From the NCBI GenBank assembly GCA_014729505.1, contig WJJS01000013.1, positions 8,457 to 72,456 of the forward strand: DNA of 64,000 nt, given 5' to 3'. Made by a program: the position numbers and the translations under genes. Origin of the DNA: Candidatus Woesearchaeota archaeon (lineage in GTDB: Archaea > Nanobdellota > Nanobdellia > Woesearchaeales > ARS49). Below the pieces are notes generated by a model. It made no database searches. It was not told the DNA's origin and saw only the letters and a list, made by a program, of their open reading frames with translations. Every line of letters begins with the position of its first letter. Within the stretch, counting starts at the first letter, position 1. This document shows, one piece after another, positions 19,984 through 29,584 of this stretch.

Positions 19984-21144
19984 ATGATTATGAAAAAGAG
20001 GAACCTATTATCATTCGGATTCTTAATTACAATTTTTTTGGCCAGTATGGTCTATGCGCAAAGCCCAGTGGATGTTATTATTAGCATCTTTGCAGGGATT
20101 GGTCGCGCATTAAGCGGGATCGGCAATGCGCTCTTTGGCAGTCTAGATACGCAAGCAGGAGTCATCGGACTCTTACAATTTATAGCGTGGCTCTTAATGG
20201 CAGTCGTGACCTATGAACTCTTACGATTTGTCAATCTAAGCAAAGGCGTACGCATCATCATTGGTGCACTCGTCTCACTAGGTCTTGTACTCGTCATACC
20301 AGGAACACTCATCTTGACACTGTTTGCACAGTTCGGCGCACTAGTAACGCTTTTTGTGCTCGTCATCTTTGGAGCAGTACTCACCTTAGCAACAAGCTGG
20401 CTCAAACCAATAGACAGCTGGCAGAAACTGCTCATCGTCTGTCTCGTCTGGGGTAGCTTTTTGTGGATCATGTGGAATCTGTTCCTCGGCATCAACACCT
20501 CAAATGCTATTCCAGGAGAACTCGCACAATGGCCCATGGTCGTCTTTACCATTTATGGCGTAGGTGTTCTTGCATGGCTCATCTTGAGCGTGCTGTTTTC
20601 AGGCGGACAAACAGTTGCAGAAGGAAAAACATTCAAAGCCATAAAAAAAGCTGCAAGCAAAAAATGGGAATCAGCAGTGCTATCAAAAGTAGGTCGCGAA
20701 ACAGAACGAGTAGCATCATCACTAGACAAACATTACAACGAACTCAAATCGAAAGGAGCAACATGGGATGCAAACGCGCTCAAAGATAATTTTTGTCAAC
20801 CAGTAGAACTCGAACTGGCAAAGATTTCTTCACTTCTCAACGTCGAAGTAAGCAAAATGGATGCGGTCTCAGGAAAACCCCATCAAACATTAGTGGACTA
20901 TATCAAAAACAATGTGATAAAATTTATTGAAGCAACAGGAAATCCTACCATCGGAGGATTCCACCTCAAGCACGGAGGACTAGAACCATGGCTCAAGGAA
21001 GGAGGATGGTTGCACAGTAATTGGGAGACTGGCGATAATGTCAAGTCAGACCTTGCAACGTACTGCACGGCAGAATTAGGGCCTGCTCTTGCCACCTTCC
21101 ACGACATGCTCTACAAAGTCAATAAAGATCTTCCCAACCTATAA
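19984..21144 (+). CDS. polytopic membrane protein with signal peptide and soluble C-terminal domain (paralog 2)
   Basis: Same architecture as 18878-19936 (signal peptide FLASMVYAQSP, about 6 TM, soluble C-terminal domain); similar size. Confidence 0.6.
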   Translation: MIMKKRNLLSFGFLITIFLASMVYAQSPVDVIISIFAGIGRALSGIGNALFGSLDTQAGVIGLLQFIAWLLMAVVTYELLRFVNLSKGVRIIIGALVSLGLVLVIPGTLILTLFAQFGALVTLFVLVIFGAVLTLATSWLKPIDSWQKLLIVCLVWGSFLWIMWNLFLGINTSNAIPGELAQWPMVVFTIYGVGVLAWLILSVLFSGGQTVAEGKTFKAIKKAASKKWESAVLSKVGRETERVASSLDKHYNELKSKGATWDANALKDNFCQPVELELAKISSLLNVEVSKMDAVSGKPHQTLVDYIKNNVIKFIEATGNPTIGGFHLKHGGLEPWLKEGGWLHSNWETGDNVKSDLATYCTAELGPALATFHDMLYKVNKDLPNL

Positions 21145-22142
21145 TGGCTTTCCAACGATTTGTCCGGATGCGCGCAGAACTCTCGGTACTCTACAATAAA
21201 ATAGACGGGCCGAAAGTCAAAACAACAAGCGACGTAGACGATTTAGAAAAGAAATTCATCCCTCTGGCCGCCGAGCGTGTACAAACATTTCTTAAACACG
21301 ACGGTAAAACAAGACTGCACGTTATCCAACAAGAATATAACGAGCTAGGCGTGAAAAATCTCGACACTGTCAACAAAAGCGTGTTTCGCGCACCAAGTGC
21401 AACAATGCCCCAACTGCTCGAAGCAAGCAAACATGTCAAAGTCGCTACTATCGATAAAGAAATCGTACGACAAGAAGAGAAAAAAGCAGAAGCACAACGA
21501 ACAATCGACGAAGTCAAGAATTGGATCACAGATAACTACGGCGCGGTAGCAGGAGCTGCAGACGCAGCCAAAGCAGAACGGGCGACAAAACGAGCAGAAG
21601 AAGACGAAGCTCTTGAAGCAGTCACAGAAAAAAAAGCAGAACTACAAGCACTGAGTGGCGCAAACGCACTAGCAAAAGAAATATTCTTGCGTAGTCAAGC
21701 AGGCATGCCCAACCCACAAATACGCAGCGAACTCATCAGCGAAGGTAATGCAGAAGCAGACGTAGACGCAGCATTTGCACTTACCGATCCACTCATGATG
21801 GCATTGAGTGCACGACTTGATACGTGGAAAGAAAAAAACACTGCGAAAAAAGATGCAGAAGCACAGTACCAAGAACTCAAAAGTCAGATGCGCAAAGGCG
21901 TCAAAGCAAAAGAGAAACGCAAAGCAGCAGAAGAACAACTAGACGAACTACAAAAAAATCGCGTACAAATTATCACTCTAGGACTCGATCTTCAAGAACT
22001 CTGGCGCTTGCACACGCAGATAGTGAGTATCGACTTGACAGGTACGTACGACGAACAACAACTCAAACTCGAAATACTACACTTCAAAGCGACGATCTAC
22101 CATCTCACACACCGCGTTCTCACACCGCTTATCGAAGCTTAG
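21144..22142 (+). CDS. hypothetical alpha-helical/coiled-coil protein
   Basis: 332 aa; ATG overlaps the stop of the preceding gene (taATGg), suggesting translational coupling; E/K/A-rich helical regions. Confidence 0.5.
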   Translation: MAFQRFVRMRAELSVLYNKIDGPKVKTTSDVDDLEKKFIPLAAERVQTFLKHDGKTRLHVIQQEYNELGVKNLDTVNKSVFRAPSATMPQLLEASKHVKVATIDKEIVRQEEKKAEAQRTIDEVKNWITDNYGAVAGAADAAKAERATKRAEEDEALEAVTEKKAELQALSGANALAKEIFLRSQAGMPNPQIRSELISEGNAEADVDAAFALTDPLMMALSARLDTWKEKNTAKKDAEAQYQELKSQMRKGVKAKEKRKAAEEQLDELQKNRVQIITLGLDLQELWRLHTQIVSIDLTGTYDEQQLKLEILHFKATIYHLTHRVLTPLIEA

Positions 22143-23548
22143 TAAAACCTGGCAATTCTTGTCAGTTTTCGCACAACATCCTGACGTTCTTCAGTACTTA
22201 AAGGCAAATCCAAAAGACATTCATAACAGGAACGGGCTCCTACAGCATCCGGACGATCCTGCTGGAGATACGCTTCGGCCATCCATTCAAGAGAACGACG
22301 CTGGAACGTCTCGCTGGCTTGAGAGTTTATACGAGACAAGAACGGAATCGCAAACGGAGCGCGAAACCCTGCCTTGTTCGAAAACACTTCTAAGTCATTC
22401 TCAATAATACCTCGCCAACCCGCATCAGCAGCACGCCAAACGTCTGCATAAATACGCTGCGCTTTCTCCCGACTCTCAGGAGTACCAAGATCAAGCAAGG
22501 AACGCGCATACGTGATCTTTGCAGTCATATCCGGTAAGTCAAGCGTAGCAAATCGGCCAGCAGCTGTCGACGCATCGCCATTCGCGTATGCGTTATACGC
22601 GCGCTTAAGCCAAAAATTCAAAACACTCGGTTCAGGCAAACGAGACCAGCGAGTCTGTCCACGAGGTTGAGGACGTCTAGGCAAAGTCGCCCTTGCAGCA
22701 GAGCCGCCTCCAGACATACCTGCAAGTCCGCCCCACACCTGTCTATACATATCAGTTAAATCAGTCATTGCACTTCCTCCACCACTTGGCATGGCGCCGG
22801 CGGCTCCAGCAGCAGGCACACTACCAGCTCCAGTCGAGCCACTAGGTGCGGGCGAAGCCAGCCCCCCACGTTCAGCAACATAGCCGGCCAAACGGCTCAG
22901 CTCGTCACGTGTTAATCCTAATTGTTCGCGCGCTGTTTCAAGATCTTCAGTGGCGCGATCACGTTCACGTTCAGCAAACGCATAATTCGTCTCGAGTTGT
23001 TCGCGATTACGCTGTTCATGCATCAAATCAATTTCAAGATCAACAACATTGGCTCTTTCATCACTTAACTCTTGTTCGACCTCTTCAATACGGCGTTCGT
23101 AATCTGCAATCTGACGATCAAGATAACGCACTTCAACTAACGCGTCGACAAGATCTCCGACAAGATCGTGAACATACTGACGAGCCTCACCAAGATCTCT
23201 TCGATTGCGCTCATCAACCGTTAACCACGCATCACGCTCATCACGACGATCAGCACGATCATCAGCTAACGCATCCATCCATGCATCACGCTCATCACGA
23301 TGATTCGCATCAGCAAGACGACGAGCAGCATTACGGTCAGCATACAAACGACGACGTTCAAGATCACGATCAGTATAAAACTGCCTTCGTTCATCAGCAC
23401 GATCATCAACCCACGCATCACGCTCATCACGACGATCAGCACGCTCATCACGACGATCACGCAACACACGAACAAGCGCTTGAAAGAGCGCTCCCGCTGG
23501 CAAATTGCTATAATCAAATCCACTCATTCCTATATGTTGTCTAGCCAC
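22139..23548 (-). CDS. ORFan protein: N-terminal RDERDAW tandem repeats, coiled coil, Gly/Ala/Ser linker, helical-repeat C-terminal domain (GC-rich island gene E)
   Basis: 469 aa. About 26-aa repeats (DRRDERDAW.DD.AD) encoded by three copies of the about 27-nt motif (g)catcacgctcatcacga(c/t)ga within 23225-23445; GC about 60%. Confidence 0.55.
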   Translation of the reverse strand: MARQHIGMSGFDYSNLPAGALFQALVRVLRDRRDERADRRDERDAWVDDRADERRQFYTDRDLERRRLYADRNAARRLADANHRDERDAWMDALADDRADRRDERDAWLTVDERNRRDLGEARQYVHDLVGDLVDALVEVRYLDRQIADYERRIEEVEQELSDERANVVDLEIDLMHEQRNREQLETNYAFAERERDRATEDLETAREQLGLTRDELSRLAGYVAERGGLASPAPSGSTGAGSVPAAGAAGAMPSGGGSAMTDLTDMYRQVWGGLAGMSGGGSAARATLPRRPQPRGQTRWSRLPEPSVLNFWLKRAYNAYANGDASTAAGRFATLDLPDMTAKITYARSLLDLGTPESREKAQRIYADVWRAADAGWRGIIENDLEVFSNKAGFRAPFAIPFLSRINSQASETFQRRSLEWMAEAYLQQDRPDAVGARSCYECLLDLPLSTEERQDVVRKLTRIARFY

Positions 23549-23567
23549 TGTCGTTACTTATTGTTGT

Positions 23568-24671
23568 TTATAGATCGTCAAAGTCGTAATCACTCGGGTC
23601 CGGCACTCCGCCAAACATATTATAGACTTCATGAGCCTGTTCACAAAAACCGTCAAGAACCGTCCTCATTTCTTCAGTTCCCAAACTTCGTTGGAAGCCG
23701 CGATACTGCGGACTGCGACGAAACGCTGCCAAACGAGCAGCATCAACACGCCGAGCAAGTTCTCGCTGCGCATCAGTTTGTGAATACGAAGAGGTCGTTA
23801 ACGGATCCGCAGCAGCATCAGGAAGATCAGCAGGAACTCTGCTGTCACGCTCAAAAGCTGCAAGATCTTCATCAGCAACATAAATGTCTGCCACCTTTGC
23901 AATACGATGCCAATCTTGCTGCATATTCGTACCATATTGTGCCATCACACCAAGAATGGCCATTCTACGCTGCAAAGAGCTTATCTCTGACTGTTGGTCT
24001 TCAATAATTTGATACAATTCGCCTGCTCGTCGATCAACACGCTTGACAAAGTCATGCGTTCGATAACCCCGAGGGCCAATCTGTGAAGGTCCGTCTTCAC
24101 TCTTATCATCAGGATAGCGAGGCGCATCACCGTTAGCATCAGGTCGCATATACTCGTGCTCACCAACACTAGTATCAGTCATGGTATGAGAATCTGAAAG
24201 ATCTGGGTTGCCAGGTTCTTCATGCGCTGCTTCAATAGCCATACGATGGACATTCGTATTTCTTGGAAACACAAACATGCGTCGCACCTGATCCAAAAAG
24301 TGATTTTCCATCAAAAAATTCTGCAAAGTGGTCCGTCCATAGTCTGAACGAAGCATATGACGAAAACGATTAAAATAATCGCCCGCAGCAGGTGATTCTC
24401 CAGCCCGATGAGCTTCATAACCGCGAACAACTTCTCGCCAGCAAATAGGACCTGTCTCATCGCGCACCGTGTTAGCGCCCATGCGATTACTGTACTGATC
24501 ATAATTCCAGATGACAAGATCAATTAACAATTTTGCATCACGGGCTTCATCAACACTTCCACCATGAAAACCAAAACCATTCATAGCAACGTGGCGTCGT
24601 CGACGCGGAAAATCTTCTCTTTGTTCACTCATAATAACCCCTCCTAGGTTCTTCACAAGACGAGTAACCAA
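23568..24671 (-). CDS. ORFan protein (GC-rich island gene D)
   Basis: 367 aa, no recognisable motif, acidic C-terminus (…DYDFDDL); co-directional and closely spaced with neighbours. Confidence 0.55.
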   Translation of the reverse strand: MVTRLVKNLGGVIMSEQREDFPRRRRHVAMNGFGFHGGSVDEARDAKLLIDLVIWNYDQYSNRMGANTVRDETGPICWREVVRGYEAHRAGESPAAGDYFNRFRHMLRSDYGRTTLQNFLMENHFLDQVRRMFVFPRNTNVHRMAIEAAHEEPGNPDLSDSHTMTDTSVGEHEYMRPDANGDAPRYPDDKSEDGPSQIGPRGYRTHDFVKRVDRRAGELYQIIEDQQSEISSLQRRMAILGVMAQYGTNMQQDWHRIAKVADIYVADEDLAAFERDSRVPADLPDAAADPLTTSSYSQTDAQRELARRVDAARLAAFRRSPQYRGFQRSLGTEEMRTVLDGFCEQAHEVYNMFGGVPDPSDYDFDDL

Positions 24672-24727
24672 TTTCCTCTTTTTAAATCTTTCTATTATTC
24701 ACTACTCCAGAGTGTTAACCGTTGGCT

Positions 24728-25420
24728 CTATTCTCGTTCGACAAAACCATACTTTTCAGGACAGGGACGCAACTGCAGCACCTGATACATACTCACTGCC
24801 TGACCACACACTATCTCAGCTACCAGACGCATTTCTTCAGTATGCAAACCCTCAAGAAAATCATCAAAATCCGCAGAAGCACCAAACGCCGCCACACGAT
24901 CAATGCTCAACGCAGGAGCACACTCGCGCTGCTCATCAGTCATAGCACGCAAAGAGGTTGTCTGATACCGATCAACGCCCTGACGACGACGATCATCTGC
25001 GTCATCAAACACCGCGGCATCAGTTTCAGGAATAACAAGACCAACACGCTCTGCAAAAGAGGCAAAGTCAGAAAGCAAATGCAAACCATACTGTGCCACT
25101 CTAGCATACGCCTCAGGAACAGCAGGCCCCGCAGCGCCATACTCCACACTCGACGGATCTTGCCCGCGAGATTCCCAGACCCTTCTCACGACCGGATGCA
25201 ACCCGTCAAAATCAACAGAACCCATAGGCCTACCCAAACGCGGCGCAACAAACAACTCGTACAATGCACGACCCTCGCGCGTCTTCAGTGTCGGAGGCTC
25301 GTCAACGCCCAAACGCGAGCCAATAGCATTAGAAAGAATCACGACAAGATCTGACCAGGACCTTGCAGCAAGACGCAACCGCGCTTCGTCCTCATCCAAA
25401 TCACGTTGTCGACGATTCAT
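24728..25420 (-). CDS. ORFan protein (GC-rich island gene C)
   Basis: 230 aa; stop/start overlap with the upstream gene (25417-25420) suggests operon coupling. Confidence 0.55.
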   Translation of the reverse strand: MNRRQRDLDEDEARLRLAARSWSDLVVILSNAIGSRLGVDEPPTLKTREGRALYELFVAPRLGRPMGSVDFDGLHPVVRRVWESRGQDPSSVEYGAAGPAVPEAYARVAQYGLHLLSDFASFAERVGLVIPETDAAVFDDADDRRRQGVDRYQTTSLRAMTDEQRECAPALSIDRVAAFGASADFDDFLEGLHTEEMRLVAEIVCGQAVSMYQVLQLRPCPEKYGFVERE

Positions 25421-25941
25421 TCTTCACCCTTCTTATACAGCCCGCGAATAGCATCTCCAAGCGTGTCAGGCGCTTCACGATCAAAGTCACGCATCAAGCG
25501 ATCGTAATTATCCGCCTTAGGCTGCAATCGCGCAATGATCCGTTCTGCTTTTTCTAGACGAGAGCGTAAATTCGTTTGCTCGCCACGAACTCTTTCTGTC
25601 ATGCGAGAAAAATACGCCGACGCATTGGCAGGAACAAAGGGCTTTTGTGCACGATCTGGAATAATACCTACTTCCTTTGCCGTCTGTTCAAGAGCACTAC
25701 CCATACCCACCATATAATCAAACCATTGACGCACTCCTGAATCAGCAATATTGCTAACGATTGTCGCGTACGCACCATCTGGCGCATCCTTTGATTCAAT
25801 AACATCCCGACAAAGCGTCTGGGCTCTTGGATCTGCAGACAACCATAACTCTCCGAGCGCTCGATATTGTTTTAGCACTCCTTCAGCATGGCGCTTTGCC
25901 TGCAATGCTCGTTGTACTTCATCATCTGATTTGTTTGCCAT
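25417..25941 (-). CDS. ORFan protein with C-terminal LGDxIxxLxxxGEE motif (GC-rich island gene B)
   Basis: 174 aa; C-terminus ...PDTLGDAIRGLYKKGEE parallels the C-terminus of the upstream 556-aa protein. Confidence 0.55.
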   Translation of the reverse strand: MANKSDDEVQRALQAKRHAEGVLKQYRALGELWLSADPRAQTLCRDVIESKDAPDGAYATIVSNIADSGVRQWFDYMVGMGSALEQTAKEVGIIPDRAQKPFVPANASAYFSRMTERVRGEQTNLRSRLEKAERIIARLQPKADNYDRLMRDFDREAPDTLGDAIRGLYKKGEE

Positions 25942-25943
25942 TT

Positions 25944-27614
25944 CTACTCCTCCCCTCTTCCTAATAATTTGTTAATCACATCTCCCAAGGGATCTTCGAT
26001 GGGCTCTTGGAGGCCCTTTATCAAAGTTCCGAAAGAATCACGCAATTGCTCTGCAGCCTCAACATGTTGTGCCATTTGCTGCAAACGCTCATCGAGCTGT
26101 GCCTGCCAGGGAGGCACTTCTTCCGATCCTGCATTCGCAGGATACTGCACTACACGTTGCTTTTCAGACATCATCGGACCGCCCAGGCGAGACCGAATAT
26201 CCTGGAGCAATGCCACCACAAGAGCCGTATCCGGCGAGATAGCAGGTTGAATATCTTGTAAGCGTTGCTCCACAACGTCAAGACGACGAGATAAGGCACG
26301 TACGTCATCAGGTGCTTTCACACTCGGAGCATCGCAGGCATCACTCGAATCGCCACGTTGATCTGCAGTGCGCTTTTTAGCACTGTCAGACTGCTGACGA
26401 TCAAGTGAAGCACGCAACGCATCCATTTCGTCATGCAAAATAGAGACCGCTTCATCATTACGTTCTTGGCGAACCTGTTGTGTACGCAAATACGCAACGA
26501 TATGTTCTTGAGCCCGCGCCGCTTGTTGTGACGCCACACGCATCTCCTGCATCATCTCATCTCTTAACATTTCAAAATCGTTATACGTTCTACTCTCCTT
26601 TTCGGCATCTCTTGCACGACCAGCATGGTAGCGCACCAACGCGTGCAAGCGCTCAATATGCACACTCTGCTCATCAATACGGGCCAAAAGATCAGCAATC
26701 AAACCGCCCTTCTCCTCAGACTCGAGATGAGCAACTGCTTCTTCAATAGACGCTAAACGCACAGCACGTTGTTTGGTCTGCTCAATACTCTCTGTTAGTA
26801 CAGCCACAACTCGCTCATTATATCCTTCATGTATTTTTCGCGACGTCTCTTCAAGAGTAGCAATATGTTCTTGAGATAAACGACCGTGTTCCTTTAAAAT
26901 CGAGGCCAATCGCTGCAAACCCTCAAACGCATAGCGTATACGAGGGCCTGCCTGATCCGGGTCGAGAATCGTTTTTAACACCTCGCCTGTTAACGGCTTT
27001 CCCAACTGTCCATGCGTCTGCAAATAAGTGACTGCAGACTCCACAATCACGTCCAGCACAGTATTAAAAATCCTGCGCGTTCGAGGATCAAGACTCTCTG
27101 CCAACTCCACATACCACCGCATGCATCGATTATCAGAAAATTTTTTCGGTGAGCGAGACTTGAGCGCTGCGCGAGCCGCCAAACAATATCGAAGCGGCAC
27201 GGTATCAGAACCGTAAAGAACAGTCGAGACTTTTCGCATACTTTCTCGAAGAGAACAATCCTGTTCAATACTTGCAGCCCTCCTGCAGAACTCATCAAAA
27301 GCAGCACGACCCCAGTCTGATTTCAAACGTTCGCGAGTCAAACGATAATACTCTCTGGCAGGTCCCTTCTTATCAAGTCTCACTAATCGATAGCCGTCAA
27401 GAGCAGACTGAGCTCGCTTGGACGCTTTTGAAAATTGGCGCTGCAAGTACAATGCATCCTGACGCGCGTCATGCTCTACAGGCACATCCTGCAATATGCG
27501 CGCCAAGGGTTCTTCATACTTCTGCTCTCCTCGACCAGCAATGTCCTTACTCATTTCCCGTTGCCATTTGGTTCCCATCTTAAATCTGCCGTTCACAAGA
27601 CGATACTGCAGCAC
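25944..27614 (-). CDS. ORFan long coiled-coil protein with C-terminal LGDxIxxLxxxGEE motif (GC-rich island gene A)
   Basis: 556 aa, extensive coiled-coil (E/R/Q/A-rich heptads), C-terminus ...EDPLGDVINKLLGRGEE. First gene of the five-gene minus-strand block. Confidence 0.55.
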   Translation of the reverse strand: MLQYRLVNGRFKMGTKWQREMSKDIAGRGEQKYEEPLARILQDVPVEHDARQDALYLQRQFSKASKRAQSALDGYRLVRLDKKGPAREYYRLTRERLKSDWGRAAFDEFCRRAASIEQDCSLRESMRKVSTVLYGSDTVPLRYCLAARAALKSRSPKKFSDNRCMRWYVELAESLDPRTRRIFNTVLDVIVESAVTYLQTHGQLGKPLTGEVLKTILDPDQAGPRIRYAFEGLQRLASILKEHGRLSQEHIATLEETSRKIHEGYNERVVAVLTESIEQTKQRAVRLASIEEAVAHLESEEKGGLIADLLARIDEQSVHIERLHALVRYHAGRARDAEKESRTYNDFEMLRDEMMQEMRVASQQAARAQEHIVAYLRTQQVRQERNDEAVSILHDEMDALRASLDRQQSDSAKKRTADQRGDSSDACDAPSVKAPDDVRALSRRLDVVEQRLQDIQPAISPDTALVVALLQDIRSRLGGPMMSEKQRVVQYPANAGSEEVPPWQAQLDERLQQMAQHVEAAEQLRDSFGTLIKGLQEPIEDPLGDVINKLLGRGEE

Positions 27615-28088
27615 TTTTGCTAGTGCCTAAGCAAGGTACAAGGCCCTTCACTCAGCATTCTGCACCATCCTGCGCGCAACGAGCAAAAACTCTGCGCCTT
27701 ACAGGAACTCTCACTTTTTCCATATTTTTTCACTATTGCAAATTAATGTGCGAATTTCTTTTTATACTTTTTGTTCTTCTATATTCTTTCCTCTATTTTC
27801 TCTTGTATTGCCCTTCTTAGTTGTAATGTTTTGTATATTATGTTACATATATTCTACAATAACCCATTTGTTTCAAATCCATTTCTCCAGACGAACCAAT
27901 CTTGCCAATTCCCGTCGGGAAACGGAAACACACTACAAGAACACCCCAGAATTCGGCAGAGGAGAACGAGCACATCGCATCATCTGGTTCGCGAAAAAAA
28001 CACTTCAAACACCAAACAAAATAGGCCTTTAGTCAGGTCATTTCAGAGCCTTTACTGCGCAAAATCTTTAATCAATAGAGGCTGTCAG

Positions 28089-28240
28089 GCATAATGCCAG
28101 AATCACTGAGAAATCGACAACAACTCCGTTTTTTCGTCTGAAATCTCGCCCTCGCAAGATTCTGAGATAACTTACTTTGTCGATATTTTCCCAGAAATTT
28201 TGTTATAATGCCGTCAGCGCAGGGATAATGCCAGAATCAC
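28089..28240 (+). repeat. two copies of 17-bp direct repeat (g)ataatgccagaatcac plus a partial third copy (ttataatgcc) in the AT-rich spacer
   Basis: Copies at 28089-28106 and 28224-28240; a shorter ataatgcc at 28203-28210. Each copy carries an ATG (MPES...) opening short ORFs of 15 and 44 codons. Confidence 0.6.
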
Positions 28241-28500
28241 CCATTTTTTGTGTTATCGATGCTCTGCCCGCATGGGAGAACGTGTCGGGATTTTTTACGA
28301 CAATTAAAACTTATGCTCGTCAGATTTTGGTTTTGAGTATAGAAAACCCTTTGGTCGCATAAAACGCCGCTCCAAGAGGCCCTATTGATGAAATTCGCCA
28401 AAAAAACCGCGCTAACCACATTACGATCCAAAAATAGTATGCAATCTTTAATCAAATCGCAATTATTATTTTCCTTTGACGAATTAAAACTCTTTGATCA

Positions 28501-29058
28501 ATGATCATTGATTTCTTTGTCGCGATAATGAGAAAGCAGTGTCGGGAAAATCAAAAATTATTTATAAACTCGTTGCTTTGCATCCTCATGAATATCCAAC
28601 TCGAACCACGAGAACCAAGCACACACGGCGTCGACGAATTAGCCACCACGCTACTTGCACGCTTCGGACTCCTACCACGCAAACGCGACAGTGCAGCAAC
28701 AATGCACCAGCTACTCCTAGAACTCACCGAAAAAAAGAAAGAAGCGATAAAGCACAAACAGCCGGAATTAGGCATCCTTACCGTCGAAGAAATGGGCAAA
28801 CACGCGGGCATTGCACGGCAAACGATGTACGATTATTTATCCCGCTGGTTATCTCTGCATATCCTGAAAAAATCAAGCTTCGTGCAAGGCGGCAAAGTCA
28901 TCATCGGCTACGAGCTTAACGGCACCTCACTTGAAAGCGCATTTAGAAAAGCAGAAACAGTGATAAAAAATCACGTCGAACAAAGCTTCAAAATCCTCGA
29001 CACCATGCAAAAGGAAATCAAACGAGAAAAACTCAAGCGCGCTACATCCAGCGAGTAA
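28501..29058 (+). CDS. HTH transcriptional regulator
   Basis: HTH-like segment LTVEEMGKHAGIARQTMYDYLSRW; the real start may be an internal Met (MNIQLEP...). Confidence 0.55.
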   Translation: MIIDFFVAIMRKQCRENQKLFINSLLCILMNIQLEPREPSTHGVDELATTLLARFGLLPRKRDSAATMHQLLLELTEKKKEAIKHKQPELGILTVEEMGKHAGIARQTMYDYLSRWLSLHILKKSSFVQGGKVIIGYELNGTSLESAFRKAETVIKNHVEQSFKILDTMQKEIKREKLKRATSSE

Positions 29059-29563
29059 GCGGCACTTCAAGACCAACAATATTCTTTTGAATCTGCAATT
29101 GGCGAAAACGAGGATGCAGAGCAATACCAATCTTTCCCTTCTTTACCTTCTTTACAAAAGGAACGCCCTTCTCGACGAGACGCGCCACATAACTGCCCAC
29201 CACGCTTGTCGACGTGTTCAAATGCGTTGCGATCTGCGCATACGTGACATACGTAAATGATTCAGTAAGCGACAAAATAGCCCAAAATACTGCCTTTTCT
29301 CGAGTGTTTAACGGCGAGACTGCAAAGGATTCCCTTCTTGTTTTTCCCGATACAACGAGAAACAGTTCATCAATACGGTCTTGAAGATGATTGATACGAT
29401 TATCTAGTTCGCACAAAAAATCAAAGTTCGTCTGCACTTCTGTCGTGTTTTCGTTAATCGCGGTTCTATGTTCGTCAATTTCTCGTCGCATAGAGTGCAA
29501 AATATCTTCAAATATTTTAGCCCCCGATCTAGACAATAACTCTTTTTCTCGAATACATACCAC
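29042..29563 (-). CDS. coiled-coil plus winged-HTH regulator (paralog of 29585-30307)
   Basis: N-terminal coiled coil; C-terminal HTH (TYAQIATHLNTSTSVVGSYVARLVEKGVPF). Confidence 0.55.
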   Translation of the reverse strand: MVCIREKELLSRSGAKIFEDILHSMRREIDEHRTAINENTTEVQTNFDFLCELDNRINHLQDRIDELFLVVSGKTRRESFAVSPLNTREKAVFWAILSLTESFTYVTYAQIATHLNTSTSVVGSYVARLVEKGVPFVKKVKKGKIGIALHPRFRQLQIQKNIVGLEVPLTRWM

Positions 29564-29584
29564 CCCTTTGGTACTTCTTACGTT

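Noticed and set aside
22846-24007. H/D/Q-rich plus-strand ORFs (232 aa, 235 aa) across the island
   Set aside because: Antisense to the RDERDAW-repeat gene and its neighbour; the unusual composition is the complement of the R/D/E codons and there is no independent start context.
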